Assembly (NCBI GenBank): GCA_040380025.1 | Contig: JBEIJY010000002.1 | Span: 104,239 to 168,238 of the forward strand | Reading direction: 5' to 3' | Length of the DNA: 64,000 nucleotides | Origin: Bdellovibrionales bacterium | GTDB taxonomy: Bacteria > Bdellovibrionota > UBA1018 > CAIMNF01 | Shown: positions 35,530 through 46,600 of the stretch, in pieces | Layout of the letters: each line of letters begins with the position of its first letter | Numbering within the stretch: the first letter of the stretch is position 1 | Notes under the pieces: generated by a model | Told to the model about the DNA's origin: nothing | The model's database searches: none | What the model saw: only the letters and a program-made list of their open reading frames with translations | Program-made: the position numbers and the translations under genes

Positions 35530-36779
35530 AATCGGGCTCGGGCCAGAATCAACAAGCCGCCGGAACGGCCGGATGGTCGTGGTGCTTCCGGGATCTTCCG
35601 AGTCCGAAGGTTCTGGTGGTCATCCTTTTGTCTCTCGTGTTGAGAGTCCTGATCACTCCCCATCTGAATTTCAAGTCGGATGAAAGGGCCATTTACGAAA
35701 TCGGTCGTTCTTTTTACCTGACGGGCGAGATTCCCGCCGAGGGTCCGAAGATCGTCTATACCGGCGAGTCGATTCCCGGGGGGTTTCAAGGGTTCATGGC
35801 GGGGCTCCCGTTGTTTTTTTCGAAGGGGGAGCCGATCGGTCTTCAGATCTGGGTCGGGATTCTCAACTGGATTGCGATGATCGTCCTGTATGCGTGGCTG
35901 ACGAAGAAAAAAGAACCGGGCCATGAGATCGTGCTGGCGTTTTTGGTGCTCTGCGCTCCCTGGTCGCTCCTGTTCGAGCAAGCATGGAATCCAAGCTTTC
36001 TTCCTCCGTTTTCGGTGCTTTTTTTCATCCTCTTGAAAAAAACCCTGGATCGCCGGGATGATCTCGGGCGCGGCGCCGCGTTTTGCATGGGGCTTTGTTT
36101 CCAGCTCTGTTTGCAGCTCAATCTCTCTGCGGTATTGCTCGGGCTCTGCCTCGGAGTGTGTTTTTTGCTGGTTCGTCAGCGAGTTCGGTTTCTTGCGTGG
36201 GTCGTGTCGGGATGGGCGGCCGGAGGGATTTTTTTGATTCCCTGGATCCTGAAGCGTTTCGGGAATCAGGCGTCCGCTCCGATGGGAGTGATCGGACTTT
36301 ACCCCGAGAATTCAGCCAGAACCATTCTTGCCATCCTACGGTATTTCACTTTTCCCACCAGCGAGATCTTTCCCTTTCTATCGCCCGCGGGGCAGGGGTT
36401 TCCGGGAATGCTCATGCGGATGAGCGGTTATCCCTTGCTCTGGATCCCCGCCCTGATCGCATTTTCGGGGAGCATTTATCTGGCAGGTTTGTCGATGAGA
36501 AGATGGGCCCGGTTGGGGTTGGCATATCTGAGGGGTGGGAGTCTTCCGGGGGGGTTCGAGATCATTGAGTTCTGGATTCCACTTTCCCTGCCGGTTTTAT
36601 TTCTATTTTCGATCAAAAGTCCCTCGGATCACACGATCTGGGTTCTGATGCCTTTGTCGTTTCATACTTGTTTCATGGCACTGAAAGAAAAGGTCCTGCG
36701 GCCGACTCTTCCGGTGTGCGCCTATTTGGCTTCCTCCCTTCTTTTGGCTGTTGCCGCCCCGTTTCTGTCGGATCCTTGA
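35526..36779 (+). CDS. Polytopic membrane protein, possible GT-C (ArnT/PMT-like) glycosyltransferase
   Basis: Multiple TMs; acidic pair (SDE) in the first loop; WNP motif. Confidence 0.5.
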   Translation: MKSGSGQNQQAAGTAGWSWCFRDLPSPKVLVVILLSLVLRVLITPHLNFKSDERAIYEIGRSFYLTGEIPAEGPKIVYTGESIPGGFQGFMAGLPLFFSKGEPIGLQIWVGILNWIAMIVLYAWLTKKKEPGHEIVLAFLVLCAPWSLLFEQAWNPSFLPPFSVLFFILLKKTLDRRDDLGRGAAFCMGLCFQLCLQLNLSAVLLGLCLGVCFLLVRQRVRFLAWVVSGWAAGGIFLIPWILKRFGNQASAPMGVIGLYPENSARTILAILRYFTFPTSEIFPFLSPAGQGFPGMLMRMSGYPLLWIPALIAFSGSIYLAGLSMRRWARLGLAYLRGGSLPGGFEIIEFWIPLSLPVLFLFSIKSPSDHTIWVLMPLSFHTCFMALKEKVLRPTLPVCAYLASSLLLAVAAPFLSDP

Positions 36780-36889
36780 CGCTAAGCCCCAGCCTTCAAG
36801 GGAGATTCCGTTTTCTGCTCAAGATGTGTCGGGGGTGACCCGAAAAGGAGAGAAGGAAGGGAAAGTTTCCTTTTCATGGAGAAAGAGAC

Positions 36890-37300
36890 ATGGGGCGGTT
36901 GAGCAGACAAATGATCTTGGCGTTCCTGGTGTGGGCGGGGATGAGCGGATTCGGTCCCGGGGCCCGCGCCACGGAATTCAGTGTGTATGAAGTCTTTCGG
37001 GCGATTGATCTCGGAGAAAACGACCGGCCTCCGCCCAAGGAGTTTTTTGTGAACATCGGCGCCATTCAGGGAGTCCGAAAGGGCAGCGTCCTGGACGTGT
37101 ACCGGAAGATCTCGAGCTTTGACAACCTTGCCGAAAAGCACGGCGGAGAACACATGGTTCCGGTGGGCAGAATCAAGGTCATTCATGCCGACGAGCGCAC
37201 CGCCATCGCCCGCATGGACCGCTTTGTCTCCTTGGAGCAGGAGCCTGCGCTCCTGCCCCAGTCCGTCATGATCGGAGACCTGGTCCGGCTCGCGAACTGA
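36890..37300 (+). CDS. Hypothetical exported protein
   Basis: Signal peptide ARA-T; beta-rich (FFVNIG...GVRKGSVLDVYR...VGRIKV). Confidence 0.65.
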   Translation: MGRLSRQMILAFLVWAGMSGFGPGARATEFSVYEVFRAIDLGENDRPPPKEFFVNIGAIQGVRKGSVLDVYRKISSFDNLAEKHGGEHMVPVGRIKVIHADERTAIARMDRFVSLEQEPALLPQSVMIGDLVRLAN

Positions 37301-37693
37301 TCAGCTCGATACCTCTTCGTCTTCGGAAGCATCTTCGACGGAATCCGCCTCCTCTGCGGGTTTCGGTTTCGTCCGTGCATGAAGAAAGTTCACCCGATCC
37401 GCATGGATCTCGTGCAGGTAGTGGACCTCGCCCTCATCGTCCTGATATTTGCGCACGCGGATTCCCCCCTCAAGGAACACGGGCATTCCCTTTTTCAGCT
37501 CTGCGCTGGCAAGTTCCGCCGACTTTCCCCAGAGGACGACCCGGTGCCACGTGGTCTCGGCCTCGTTTTTCGATTTCTGCCATGATTCCGTGGCGAGGCT
37601 GAACTGGCTCACGGAAAGGCCGGTTTTGGTTTGGCGGAGCACGGGGTCTGCGCCGAGTCTTCCGAGCAAAAGCACGCGATTGATGTCTCTCAT
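37301..37693 (-). CDS. ssb: Single-stranded DNA-binding protein
   Basis: INRVLLLGRLGADP, FSLAT, TTWHRVVLWG, LKKGMPVFLEG; acidic tail. Confidence 0.88.
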   Translation of the reverse strand: MRDINRVLLLGRLGADPVLRQTKTGLSVSQFSLATESWQKSKNEAETTWHRVVLWGKSAELASAELKKGMPVFLEGGIRVRKYQDDEGEVHYLHEIHADRVNFLHARTKPKPAEEADSVEDASEDEEVSS

Positions 37694-37754
37694 CTTGGAG
37701 TTTCCTTTCGATTTGGGGTTGTGTTCCACCACCGGGGTTGCGATTCTTGTGCCA

Positions 37755-38924
37755 ATGGAGCCTGCGTTGAAAAAAGGATTCGGTCTCGGAGGGCGCATCG
37801 ATCGGGCGCTCGCCCTTTGCACGAGTCCGTCCTTTCCGCAGGGTACCGATGAGTACTGGATGGAGCAGGCGTTGATCGAGTCCATGAATTCCATCGGGAT
37901 TTCGAGCCCGAATCCTGCGGTGGGATGCCTTTTGGTGGTGGGCGAATCGGTCGTCGGCCGCGGACACACCCAGGCGTACCGAAAGGAGCACGCCGAGAGG
38001 ATGGCGTTTTTAAACCGCGATCCCGCCGCGGATTTGAGCCGGGCAACGGCCTATGTGACCTTGGAGCCTTGTTCGCATCATGGCCATCAGCCTCCGTGTG
38101 TTGAGCTTTTGCTGGCCTCACCGATTCCGAGAATCGTGATTGCAGTCCGGGATCCCGACCCTCGCGTGAATGGCGAGGGGATCCGACGGCTCCGGGATGC
38201 GAAAAAAGAGGTGGTGCTCTCGGTTCTTGAGCCGGAGTGTCGTGCGTGGAACCTTCCTTTTTTTCGAAACCGGGAGACAGGGCGTCTTTTTTGGGCTGCC
38301 AAGTGGGCTGAGACCCCGTCCGGACACCTTGCCGATGCGTCAGGGCATTCCAAATGGATCACCGCAGAAAAATCGAGGGCCTACACGCACTGGCTTCGGC
38401 AGAAGTATGATGCAATCGTGGTAGGAGCCCGGACCTTTCTTGAGGACCGACCTCGGCTTACTGTCCGGGACTGTGCTCTCCCGCATCAGCGACACCCCGT
38501 TCGATGGGTGTTTGATCCGAAAGGTCTGCTTTTGAGTCTGCCCGCCGATGCGATTTCGGGGTTTACGGTTTTCACGTCGGATTCGGTTCTGCGATCTGCG
38601 GGAGCCTCGGGGCGCGGAAACTTCATTTCGATTCCGGAGCCTCCAGGGTCTCCGGATCTCGTTCGCTCCTGGATCCAGACCGTGGAGTCCTTGCGCTTTG
38701 ATCCCCCTGTTCAGAGCATCATGGTGGAGGGCGGAGCGGCCCTTCTTCGATCGCTCTTTCGAGAAGGGGTGTTTCAGGCCGTACACCGCTTTGTCGGAGA
38801 AAAGGATTTTTTAACTCATAATGCATCGCAGCATCTGGGGTGGTCGCCCGATCAGAAGTGGATTCTTCAATCGATTCAGGAATTTGATCGGGATCTCTTG
38901 CGCGAATGGATAAAAAAAGATTAA
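37755..38924 (+). CDS. ribD: Riboflavin biosynthesis deaminase/reductase
   Basis: PNPAVGC, HAE, TLEPCSHHGHQPPC, SKWIT, IMVEGG motifs; start approximate. Confidence 0.88.
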   Translation: MEPALKKGFGLGGRIDRALALCTSPSFPQGTDEYWMEQALIESMNSIGISSPNPAVGCLLVVGESVVGRGHTQAYRKEHAERMAFLNRDPAADLSRATAYVTLEPCSHHGHQPPCVELLLASPIPRIVIAVRDPDPRVNGEGIRRLRDAKKEVVLSVLEPECRAWNLPFFRNRETGRLFWAAKWAETPSGHLADASGHSKWITAEKSRAYTHWLRQKYDAIVVGARTFLEDRPRLTVRDCALPHQRHPVRWVFDPKGLLLSLPADAISGFTVFTSDSVLRSAGASGRGNFISIPEPPGSPDLVRSWIQTVESLRFDPPVQSIMVEGGAALLRSLFREGVFQAVHRFVGEKDFLTHNASQHLGWSPDQKWILQSIQEFDRDLLREWIKKD

Positions 38925-38958
38925 ATCGCTGAAATCATTTTCAAGGAGATCTCGATCT

Positions 38959-39438
38959 ATGATGAAAAAATGGGCAGTCCTGCTTTTGGTTGCGACAATT
39001 GCATCTTCGGCTTGTTCGAAGAAAACCGTGCAAGAAGAATCCCAGCTTCCTACTGCTGCAAATGCAGATGAGACCGTAGGAGATTCCGACAGTGGAAAAG
39101 CTTTCGGGCTTCAAAGCGTGAATTTTTCTTACGATGCCTACACCTTGACGGAGCAAGCGAAGGGGATTTTGAAATCCAATGCTGCGATTTTGAAGGATAA
39201 ATCCTCGCTCAAGATTCAGGTGGAAGGCCACTGCGATCAGCGCGGCGGAAGAGAGTACAATATTGCCCTTGGCGAAAAACGCGCCAATTCGGTGAAAAAA
39301 TTCCTGGTCAGCCAGGGAGTCGCGGCCGATCGCATCGCGGTGATCAGCTTCGGAAAAGAAAAGCCGGCTGATCCTTCCGAATCCGAGGAAGCATACGCTC
39401 GGAACCGTCGTGCGAACTTTGCCATCACATCCCGGTAA
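38959..39438 (+). CDS. pal: Peptidoglycan-associated lipoprotein (OmpA domain)
   Basis: Lipobox SSAC; EGHCDQRG..EYNIALGEKRA, SFGKEKP, NRRA. Confidence 0.9.
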   Translation: MMKKWAVLLLVATIASSACSKKTVQEESQLPTAANADETVGDSDSGKAFGLQSVNFSYDAYTLTEQAKGILKSNAAILKDKSSLKIQVEGHCDQRGGREYNIALGEKRANSVKKFLVSQGVAADRIAVISFGKEKPADPSESEEAYARNRRANFAITSR

Positions 39439-39867
39439 ATGATCCCGAATCGATCTTTGAGGGGGCTGCTTGCGGCAGCCTCCCTGTTTTTTCTCGGTTG
39501 CTCGATCACGGCAGTGCGTCCCTCCCAGGAGATGTCCGACATGGAGGTGAGCATCAAGGCCGCCATGGAGGTGAGTGCCGACACCCTTGCGCCGGAGCTC
39601 TTCCGGCTTTCGAACGAGGCAGCTCTTCTGGCCCGAAAAGAATACCGGGTCAAGAACTTCGAGGCGGCCAAGAGGCATGCCGACCAAGCAAGACGATACG
39701 CGGAACGGGCGGAATTCGAGGCGATCCGGAACGGAGCCCATCGGGAGTCCAAGCCGGTTGATCCTTTGTCGGAGCCGTCTTATGCGCCCGAACCCATTGC
39801 GACTCCTCCGCCGGTGTACCAGGATGCCCCTGCGGACGCCAAAAAGCCGAAGACCCCCGGCCTTTGA
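39439..39867 (+). CDS. DUF4398-like lipoprotein
   Basis: Lipobox FLGC; helical AAMEVSA..LAPE...A..YAERAE pattern. Confidence 0.65.
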   Translation: MIPNRSLRGLLAAASLFFLGCSITAVRPSQEMSDMEVSIKAAMEVSADTLAPELFRLSNEAALLARKEYRVKNFEAAKRHADQARRYAERAEFEAIRNGAHRESKPVDPLSEPSYAPEPIATPPPVYQDAPADAKKPKTPGL

Positions 39868-39909
39868 TTCCCGGTTTAAAATTGCCTGAAAAAATGCGAA
39901 GATCGGCTC

Positions 39910-40626
39910 ATGAAATCCTTCATCCCCGCCGGATTCTTCTTGTTGGTTCCGCTCCTGCTCGCAGGCTGTGTGACCACGCGTGCTGAGTTGAACCGGCAAC
40001 GCGAAGAGGCGGGAGTCGCGGCACCAGAAAAACTCGAATCTTCGGAATCGGCACAAGCCCCTTCTGATCCGCCTCCGTCCATGACCGAAGACGAGCTTCG
40101 GGAGGCGCTCGCCAAGGCCCAGGGCAGGGTCGAGGAACTCCAGCATGAGCAGGAGCAAAAAGATCAAACCCATGCGGAAGAGCTTCAAAAGGCCGAGGCT
40201 CGCATTGCCGAACTCGAAAAGCGCCTGAAGGAGCTCTCACCGGATGAGCCCGAGGTCCCCGAGGGAAAATCCCCGATGGAAGCGGGAAAGGATGCCTTCG
40301 CGGACGGAGATTGGGACGGGGCGATCGGTTTTTTCAGCAAGGTGCTGGACTCCAACGGCAAGGGTAAGGCGTTCGAAGAGGCGACCTACCTTCGGGGCGA
40401 GAGCTATTTCAAAAAGCGGGAATTCGCAAAGGCGGTTCTGGATTACTCGAAGTTTCCCGAGAGTCTCCACAAGTCTTCCTACCACCCGAAGGCGCTCCTT
40501 CGGATCGCCGAGAGCTTCGAGGCGATGGGGCGCAAGGACGAGGCACGGATGTTCTACGAGGATCTGGTCGGGAAATTCGCAAAGACGGCCGAGGGCCGGA
40601 TTGCGCGAAAGAAACTGAAAAAATGA
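39910..40626 (+). CDS. CpoB/YbgF-like TPR lipoprotein
   Basis: Lipobox LAGC; coiled coil followed by TPRs (YLRGESYF, ALLRIAESF); near pal. Confidence 0.75.
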   Translation: MKSFIPAGFFLLVPLLLAGCVTTRAELNRQREEAGVAAPEKLESSESAQAPSDPPPSMTEDELREALAKAQGRVEELQHEQEQKDQTHAEELQKAEARIAELEKRLKELSPDEPEVPEGKSPMEAGKDAFADGDWDGAIGFFSKVLDSNGKGKAFEEATYLRGESYFKKREFAKAVLDYSKFPESLHKSSYHPKALLRIAESFEAMGRKDEARMFYEDLVGKFAKTAEGRIARKKLKK

Positions 40627-41684
40627 GTTTGATTCTCGGAATTGAAACCTCCTGCGACGAGTGCAGCGCGTCCGTGCTCCATCACGAAGGACCGGTCTTC
40701 CGTCCTCTTTCGGTAAGCACGTTTTCGCAAATTGAACTTCATCAGCCCTTTGGCGGAGTGGTTCCCGAGGTCGCATCCCGGAATCATCTCGAGCAGATTG
40801 ATCCCGTGATCCGCGATGCGCTTGTCCGCGCCAAGATCGGAATCGAGGATGTCGATGCGATCGCGGTCACAAACCGGCCTGGACTGATCGGCGCCCTGCT
40901 GGTGGGCGTGACGGCGGCCAAGGCGCTCGCCTATGCCGCAAACAAGCCCTTGATTCCTGTTCATCATCTTGAAGGACACCTGATGAGCGCTTTTTTGAGC
41001 GGTCCCGAATCGGGAGCTTCGCAGATCCGCTTTCCTGCCGTGTTTCTCATGGTTTCAGGCGGGCACACGAATCTTCATTTCATCCCTGCGCCGCCGCTCG
41101 AGTGGCCGCAAGATCTTCTCTCGAGCTCCCTCATGGGGCGCTCGCTTGATGATGCCGCAGGCGAGGCCTTCGACAAAACGGCGAAGGTACTCGGGTTTCC
41201 CTACCCAGGCGGAAAATGGATCGACGAAGAGGCGAAAAAAGGGGGAAATCCAGCCGCGTTTGATCTCCCTCGCGGGCTGAAACAGAGGGATTCCCTCGAT
41301 TTCTCGTTCAGCGGCGTGAAGACGGCGCTTTCTTTGCTGGCGCACCGGCTTCAAATGGAGGGACGTCTGGAGGACGCGCTCCCGGATGTGTGCGCGAGCG
41401 TTCAAGAGGCGGTGATCGATCCGCTGGTCACCAAAACCCTTCAGCTCCAAAGATTGAAGAATGCGGCCTCGATCGTCGTCGTCGGCGGTGTCGCCGCGAA
41501 CTCGCGCCTGCGCGCGCGCTTCGATGCCGACTCGAAGGTGCCCGTGATTTATCCCGATTTGAAGTACTGCACCGACAATGCGGCCATGATCGCCGCCGCG
41601 GGCGCCATGCGCTTTGCGCAGGGACGGTTTTTGGAAGTGCGGGATTTTTTGAAGCTGAACGCGTTTGCGATCGCGGAGGATTGA
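40623..41684 (+). CDS. tsaD: tRNA N6-adenosine threonylcarbamoyltransferase
   Basis: GIETSCDE, GGVVPEVASR, HHLEGH, DDAAGEAFDK, CTDNAAMI. Confidence 0.96.
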   Translation: MSLILGIETSCDECSASVLHHEGPVFRPLSVSTFSQIELHQPFGGVVPEVASRNHLEQIDPVIRDALVRAKIGIEDVDAIAVTNRPGLIGALLVGVTAAKALAYAANKPLIPVHHLEGHLMSAFLSGPESGASQIRFPAVFLMVSGGHTNLHFIPAPPLEWPQDLLSSSLMGRSLDDAAGEAFDKTAKVLGFPYPGGKWIDEEAKKGGNPAAFDLPRGLKQRDSLDFSFSGVKTALSLLAHRLQMEGRLEDALPDVCASVQEAVIDPLVTKTLQLQRLKNAASIVVVGGVAANSRLRARFDADSKVPVIYPDLKYCTDNAAMIAAAGAMRFAQGRFLEVRDFLKLNAFAIAED

Positions 41685-41687
41685 GCG

Positions 41688-42488
41688 ATGTCGAAGTTCG
41701 ACAAGCAAAAGGCTTTTGGCCAGCATTTTTTGAAGGACGCTTCCATCATCAAGACCATCGTGGATGAGGCCCTTTCGGCCGTGGCCCGGAACCCGGGATC
41801 GGCTCTCCTTGAGGTCGGGCCCGGAAGGGGGGCGATCACAAGGCCTTTGCTCGAGCGCCTTCCGATGGAGGTTCCGTTCCATCTGGCGGAACGGGACCGC
41901 GAACTGATCGAGTTCTGGTCGGGTGAGTCCCGGGTCGGTGTTTTCTTGAAGGGCGATTTCGTGGTCCAGCCGGATGAGGCGCTCGGTGCGCTCGGGCCTC
42001 TTGTGGTGGTGTCGAATCTTCCCTATTCGGCCGGCACCGCCATTGTGGTCCGTCTTTGCGGACGGAGCGCGCAGATCTCCGAGATGATCCTGATGTTCCA
42101 GGCCGAGGTCGCAAAACGGCTTTATGCCAAGGCATCGACCCCTGATCGCGGCAGTCTATCGTTGTTCATCCAGAATGAGTGGGACGTCGAACGGGTTTGC
42201 GTGGTTCCCCCGGGCGCATTCCAGCCGCCGCCGAAGGTCATGTCCGAGGTGGTACGGCTCCGGCGCCGGGTGACCCCGAGAATCCCGCTTCAAAGCGATT
42301 CCGATCGCGATGCCTGGAACGGTTTGCTCCGGCTTGCGTTCGCGCACCGAAGAAAAATGATCAAAGGAAACTTCGCCGGAACTCCGTGGTTCGAAGCCCT
42401 TCAGCGAAGCGGAGTCGATCCCGCCAAACGGGCCGAGGGGCTGGAGTGGGAAGAATGGATCCGTCTTTGGGCCGCGGCCCGTGGATGA
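41688..42488 (+). CDS. rsmA: 16S rRNA m6,2A dimethyltransferase
   Basis: GQHFL, EVGPGRG, SNLPY, MFQAEVA, FQPPPKV, RRKM. Confidence 0.92.
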   Translation: MSKFDKQKAFGQHFLKDASIIKTIVDEALSAVARNPGSALLEVGPGRGAITRPLLERLPMEVPFHLAERDRELIEFWSGESRVGVFLKGDFVVQPDEALGALGPLVVVSNLPYSAGTAIVVRLCGRSAQISEMILMFQAEVAKRLYAKASTPDRGSLSLFIQNEWDVERVCVVPPGAFQPPPKVMSEVVRLRRRVTPRIPLQSDSDRDAWNGLLRLAFAHRRKMIKGNFAGTPWFEALQRSGVDPAKRAEGLEWEEWIRLWAAARG

Positions 42489-42497
42489 GATCCGGGG

Positions 42498-43157
42498 ATG
42501 AGGAGAGAAATCATGCAAACCCAGTCCAAATGGAAAGCCATGTTGAAGATCATCCGTGATCACTTTCTTTCGGGTCTGATCGTGCTCGGTCCGATCCTGA
42601 TCGTGTCGTTCGTGTTCCAGTGGATTTTCGGCGGAGTCATGGCCTGGATGGAGGAGGTTCCGTTCCGGTTCTTCTTCTCGGATCCGGCAAGCCAGATCGC
42701 GGGTGCGTTCCGGTTTGTCCTTGCGGCCGGCGTTCTTCTCGCCGCTGTGATCGCCGTCTCGATGATCGGTTTTTTTTCGAGGCTCTACTTCGGCAAGAAG
42801 GTCCTGGAGTGGGTCACTGAGTGGATCGAGAAAATTCCGTTCTTCGGCTCGATTTACTCCTCGCTGAATCAGCTATTCTCGGCGGTCTCGCCCGGGGACG
42901 GAAAAAACAAGTTCAATCGCGTGGTGTTCGTGGAGTATCCGCGGAAGGGCGTGTGGGCGGTGGCGTTTGTGACGGGGCATGCGACCCTGAAGGGCATCCC
43001 GCCCGGATTTTTGAGCATCTTCATTCCGACGGTTCCGAACCCGACGTCCGGGTTTCATCTCATGGTGAGCGAAACCGAGGTGGTCGAGAGCGGCCTCAGT
43101 GTCGAGGACGCGTTCAAGCTGATTCTGAGTCTTGGAGTGGCGGTGCCTCATGAGTGA
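42498..43157 (+). CDS. DUF502 membrane protein
   Basis: VEYPRKG, FIPTVPNPTSGF, VEDAFKLILSLG motifs. Confidence 0.88.
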   Translation: MRREIMQTQSKWKAMLKIIRDHFLSGLIVLGPILIVSFVFQWIFGGVMAWMEEVPFRFFFSDPASQIAGAFRFVLAAGVLLAAVIAVSMIGFFSRLYFGKKVLEWVTEWIEKIPFFGSIYSSLNQLFSAVSPGDGKNKFNRVVFVEYPRKGVWAVAFVTGHATLKGIPPGFLSIFIPTVPNPTSGFHLMVSETEVVESGLSVEDAFKLILSLGVAVPHE

Positions 43158-43656
43158 AAAGGGCGGAGGCGGAGAAAAACTGATCGCGACGAATCCGAAC
43201 GCGCGCTCGGATTATTTTCTCGAGGAGTTTGTCGAGGCGGGCATCGTCCTTCAGGGCACCGAGGTGAAGAGCATCCGGACCCAAAGCCCGAACCTTCGGG
43301 ATTCGTACGTCGAGATCTCGTCCAAAAAACGGGGGGATCGTGTCGCCCCGAAGCTTGAGGCCTGGCTGTTGAATTTTCATGTGGCGCCGTATTCCCATGG
43401 GAATATCTGGAATCACGAGGCGAAACGTCCGAGAAAGCTCCTCTTGCATACCCATCAGATCCGGAAGATGTTCGGCGCGCTCACGCAAGAGGGCAAGACG
43501 CTGATCCCGACCCGGCTGTATTTTTCGAAGGGCAGGGTGAAGGTCGAGATCGCGATTGCCAAGGGCAAGAAGAAGGGCGATAAGCGCGAGGACGTGAAGA
43601 AACGGTCCCAGGACCGTGAAATGCAGCAAGCGATGAAGAAGCGCCAGCGCCGCTGA
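43150..43656 (+). CDS. smpB: SsrA-binding protein
   Basis: EAGIVLQGTEVKSIR, RKLLLH, KVEIAIAKGKK..DKRE. Confidence 0.95.
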   Translation: MSEKGGGGEKLIATNPNARSDYFLEEFVEAGIVLQGTEVKSIRTQSPNLRDSYVEISSKKRGDRVAPKLEAWLLNFHVAPYSHGNIWNHEAKRPRKLLLHTHQIRKMFGALTQEGKTLIPTRLYFSKGRVKVEIAIAKGKKKGDKREDVKKRSQDREMQQAMKKRQRR

Positions 43657-43693
43657 GCGAAAGCGCAATCCAATGGCGCAATTCGGATGTTGC

Positions 43694-46600
43694 TTACTGC
43701 TTCTTCTTCGGCGTTCTGACCAACCGGAATCCCACCGTGCTCTTCGCCTCATCCGGCCGCAATCCGATGTGCGAGGAGGAGTTCACCTCGGTGCCGATAT
43801 TCTTGTGGCTTCCCCCCCTGCAGATGCGGGTGAAAACCGAGAACAGCGCCGAGGGATTCAGAATCAACCCCAAAGAGAGCCCGGAAGGCCGGTCCTCGAC
43901 CCACTCCCAGACATTCCCGTAGAGGTCATGGATTCCCAGGGCATTCGGCTGGAGCCGTGCCACGGGGCGGGTTCTTTGTTGCGAGTTCTCCAAAAACCAG
44001 GCCCGATTCCTCAAGTCTCCGTGCCTTCCGTGGTTCGGCGGGCCTCCGGCGCGGGCGGCATACTCCCATTCCGCATCGGTCGGGAGCCGGTAATTCCACA
44101 CGGGATCATTCGCGTTCAGCTCTTTCAAAAACGATTGAATCTCATTCCAGGAGTAGCTCTCGACCGGAAGATCGGGATTCAAGGCGACTCTCCTTCCGTC
44201 CGCCATGACCTCGATCCCGCCACCCGAAAAAAACGAACGATTCGTTCCGGTCAGGAGCGTGATCTGGAGCTGGGTGAACGGAGTGACCTGCATCTCAAAG
44301 GGCTCGGTCAGAACGACCTTGCGGGATTTTTCCTCGCTTCCGAGAAGAAACGGAATCCCCCGGCGGGCCTGGGTCCCGGTGATCACCGGTTGGAAGCGAA
44401 AGCTCTCGAGCAGTCCGTGTCCGAAGAGGATCGAAGACAGTCCCCGTTTCTTCGCAAGATCCAGAAAAACGGGAATTCCCGTTTTCTTCGAGATCACCCC
44501 GGCGACCGCTTCCCGTTCGGATCCGGGGATCGCGTCCCAAAAGGAGTTCCAGGCCCGCTCGCCCGAACCCATCCTTGAGAGGACCGCCTCGGCTTTCGCG
44601 GCGATCTCGAGGTTCCAGTCTTCCACGACGACAGGAACCGGATGCGCGAGCCACATCCGCGCCGCTTCTTCGAACGAGGCTGCATGCCCCGATTCGACGA
44701 GGGGCGAGATTCCGCGAAACGCGCGGACTCCATCGGGGATTCCCGACTCCGGGGCCGGAAGCCGTTCCAGAACGAGCAATCCCGCACGGATCATCGCGGG
44801 ATCGCTTCCGGGGGTCAGGACCGCACGAAGAGAGGGCGACACCGCATCGCCTCCGTTTTTCACGAGCTGTTTGACCAGTTCCGATTTCACCCAGCTTTCG
44901 ATGCTCGAGCCCTCCAGAGCGCTCAGGATCGGGGTCAGGCCGGACGGATGCATGAAAACCTGCGGGTTGCCCAAAGCCCCGATGACCCGGATCACGTTCC
45001 GGTCCGATACGTCCTCGGCACCGAGGACCTTTTCGATGAGCGGGGAGAAGTCCGACGAATAGGCCTCGAGGATCTCGGTTCGGATGCTTTTGTTTTTTCG
45101 GACCAGAATCATGAGATCCGGAAGATTCGTCCTCGCCGACATGATCCTGGACCGGTGCCGGGGAGTATCCAGGAGGTTTTGGATGATCTGGATTTGATCC
45201 TCCCGCGAAAAAGAAGGCAGATGCCGAAACAAAGTGCCGATGAAATGACCGTGATCCTCCGAGCGCTCCATTTCGACGATCAACGCCTGCTTGCGGATCG
45301 GAAAGGAAAGGCCCAGATCGGCGATCCACTCGAGGATCGTCCGCTCGAAGTCGGGATCGGCCTTGAATCCCGCATCCAGGATTCCCCGCATCGTGGCGAG
45401 GTAGCGGATCCGGTCCTCGGGGGAGCCGTGTTTCAGTTCAATGGCAGGACCGATCATCCGGTCCATGTCGATCGCGCCCGTATTCCAGTTCTTTTGAATC
45501 GCACCGGGAGAGAGGCCGAAATCTTCGTTCAAATCGAAGGGGAGAACCGGATACACGGTAAGGCCATTGTCGGCGCGGGAGTATCCGGAGTAGGCCCAGA
45601 ACGCGTGCTTGTGGGGGGAGAACCGGGTCATCTTCCGTCCCGGATCCGTCTTGATCCTCGATTGGAGGAAAATCCGCGTGAAGCTCGAGTTCGAGATTCC
45701 GTTGTGGTCTCCCATGTCCCGGGGCATGGCAAGAACATAGCCTTGTTCCTCGAGTGACCCCCGGACTCCCTCCAGCATCAGCGGAAGCTCCGCGTGATCG
45801 ATGTTCTGGACTTTGTCCAGAAAAGCCACGCGGGCCCTCGGGCCTGCCTCTGGTCTCGCCTCGCCGAGAACCACGGTGATTTGTCCGTCCGAGTGACCTG
45901 TCGCATCGGTGAGAGTGAAATAGATATAATTCGGATCCAGAGCCCGCAAAAAGTACGTTCTGGACGAGCAGTCCGCGCCCCCGATGCAGGACCGGAAGGG
46001 CGCTTCGATCAGCGACAGGGTACGCAGTGTTCTTTTTTTCCAGTCCGTCAGAACCTCGATCGGATTCTCCTTGATCGAGGCTTGGAGGGTCTCGAGGCCT
46101 GACAGGAGCGTTCGCTCATCGTCGATTCCGGAGGGAGCCTGGACCCCGTAACGGATCAGCATGTGCTGGAATCCGCAGTTCGGGTCCCCCTCATCCAAAA
46201 GGAACGATTCTCGTGCCTCCAGGAAGGAGTAAAACCCGTTGATCTGCTCGAGCCCGTCATTGGACTTCAGGCGGGCGAGGATTGCGGGATCATGCAGGCC
46301 GACGGTGTGGATCACATCGATGATCGCCTGATGGATCGGGTGGGTTTTTTTGTTCTCACCCGCAAGGCGCGATCGTTCATTCATGAGAATCCGGTAAAGT
46401 CGTGCCGCTCGAGTTTTTCCCGGGAACTCCGGGTTCTTCAGATACCTTCGGGTTTCTTCCGGAATCCGCTGGGCGAACCAACCCGGAAAATCCTTCGCCT
46501 CGCCCTCGTACTGAAACACCTTCTTCCAGTACCCGATGTTGGAGTCGATGCTGTAGAGGTTCGAGAGGGCCTGATTCGCGCCCTCGAGCTTGGGTTTCAG

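Noticed and set aside
37301..37969. Apparent long overlap between ssb and ribD ORFs
   Set aside because: True starts are probably 37693 (-) and ~37755 (+), giving ordinary divergent genes
38959..40626. pal and cpoB without tolQRAB
   Set aside because: Split tol-pal loci are not unusual; the other genes may lie elsewhere
43657..43693. tmRNA or prophage attachment site next to smpB
   Set aside because: Only 37 bp intergenic; no ssrA ends and no integrase visible
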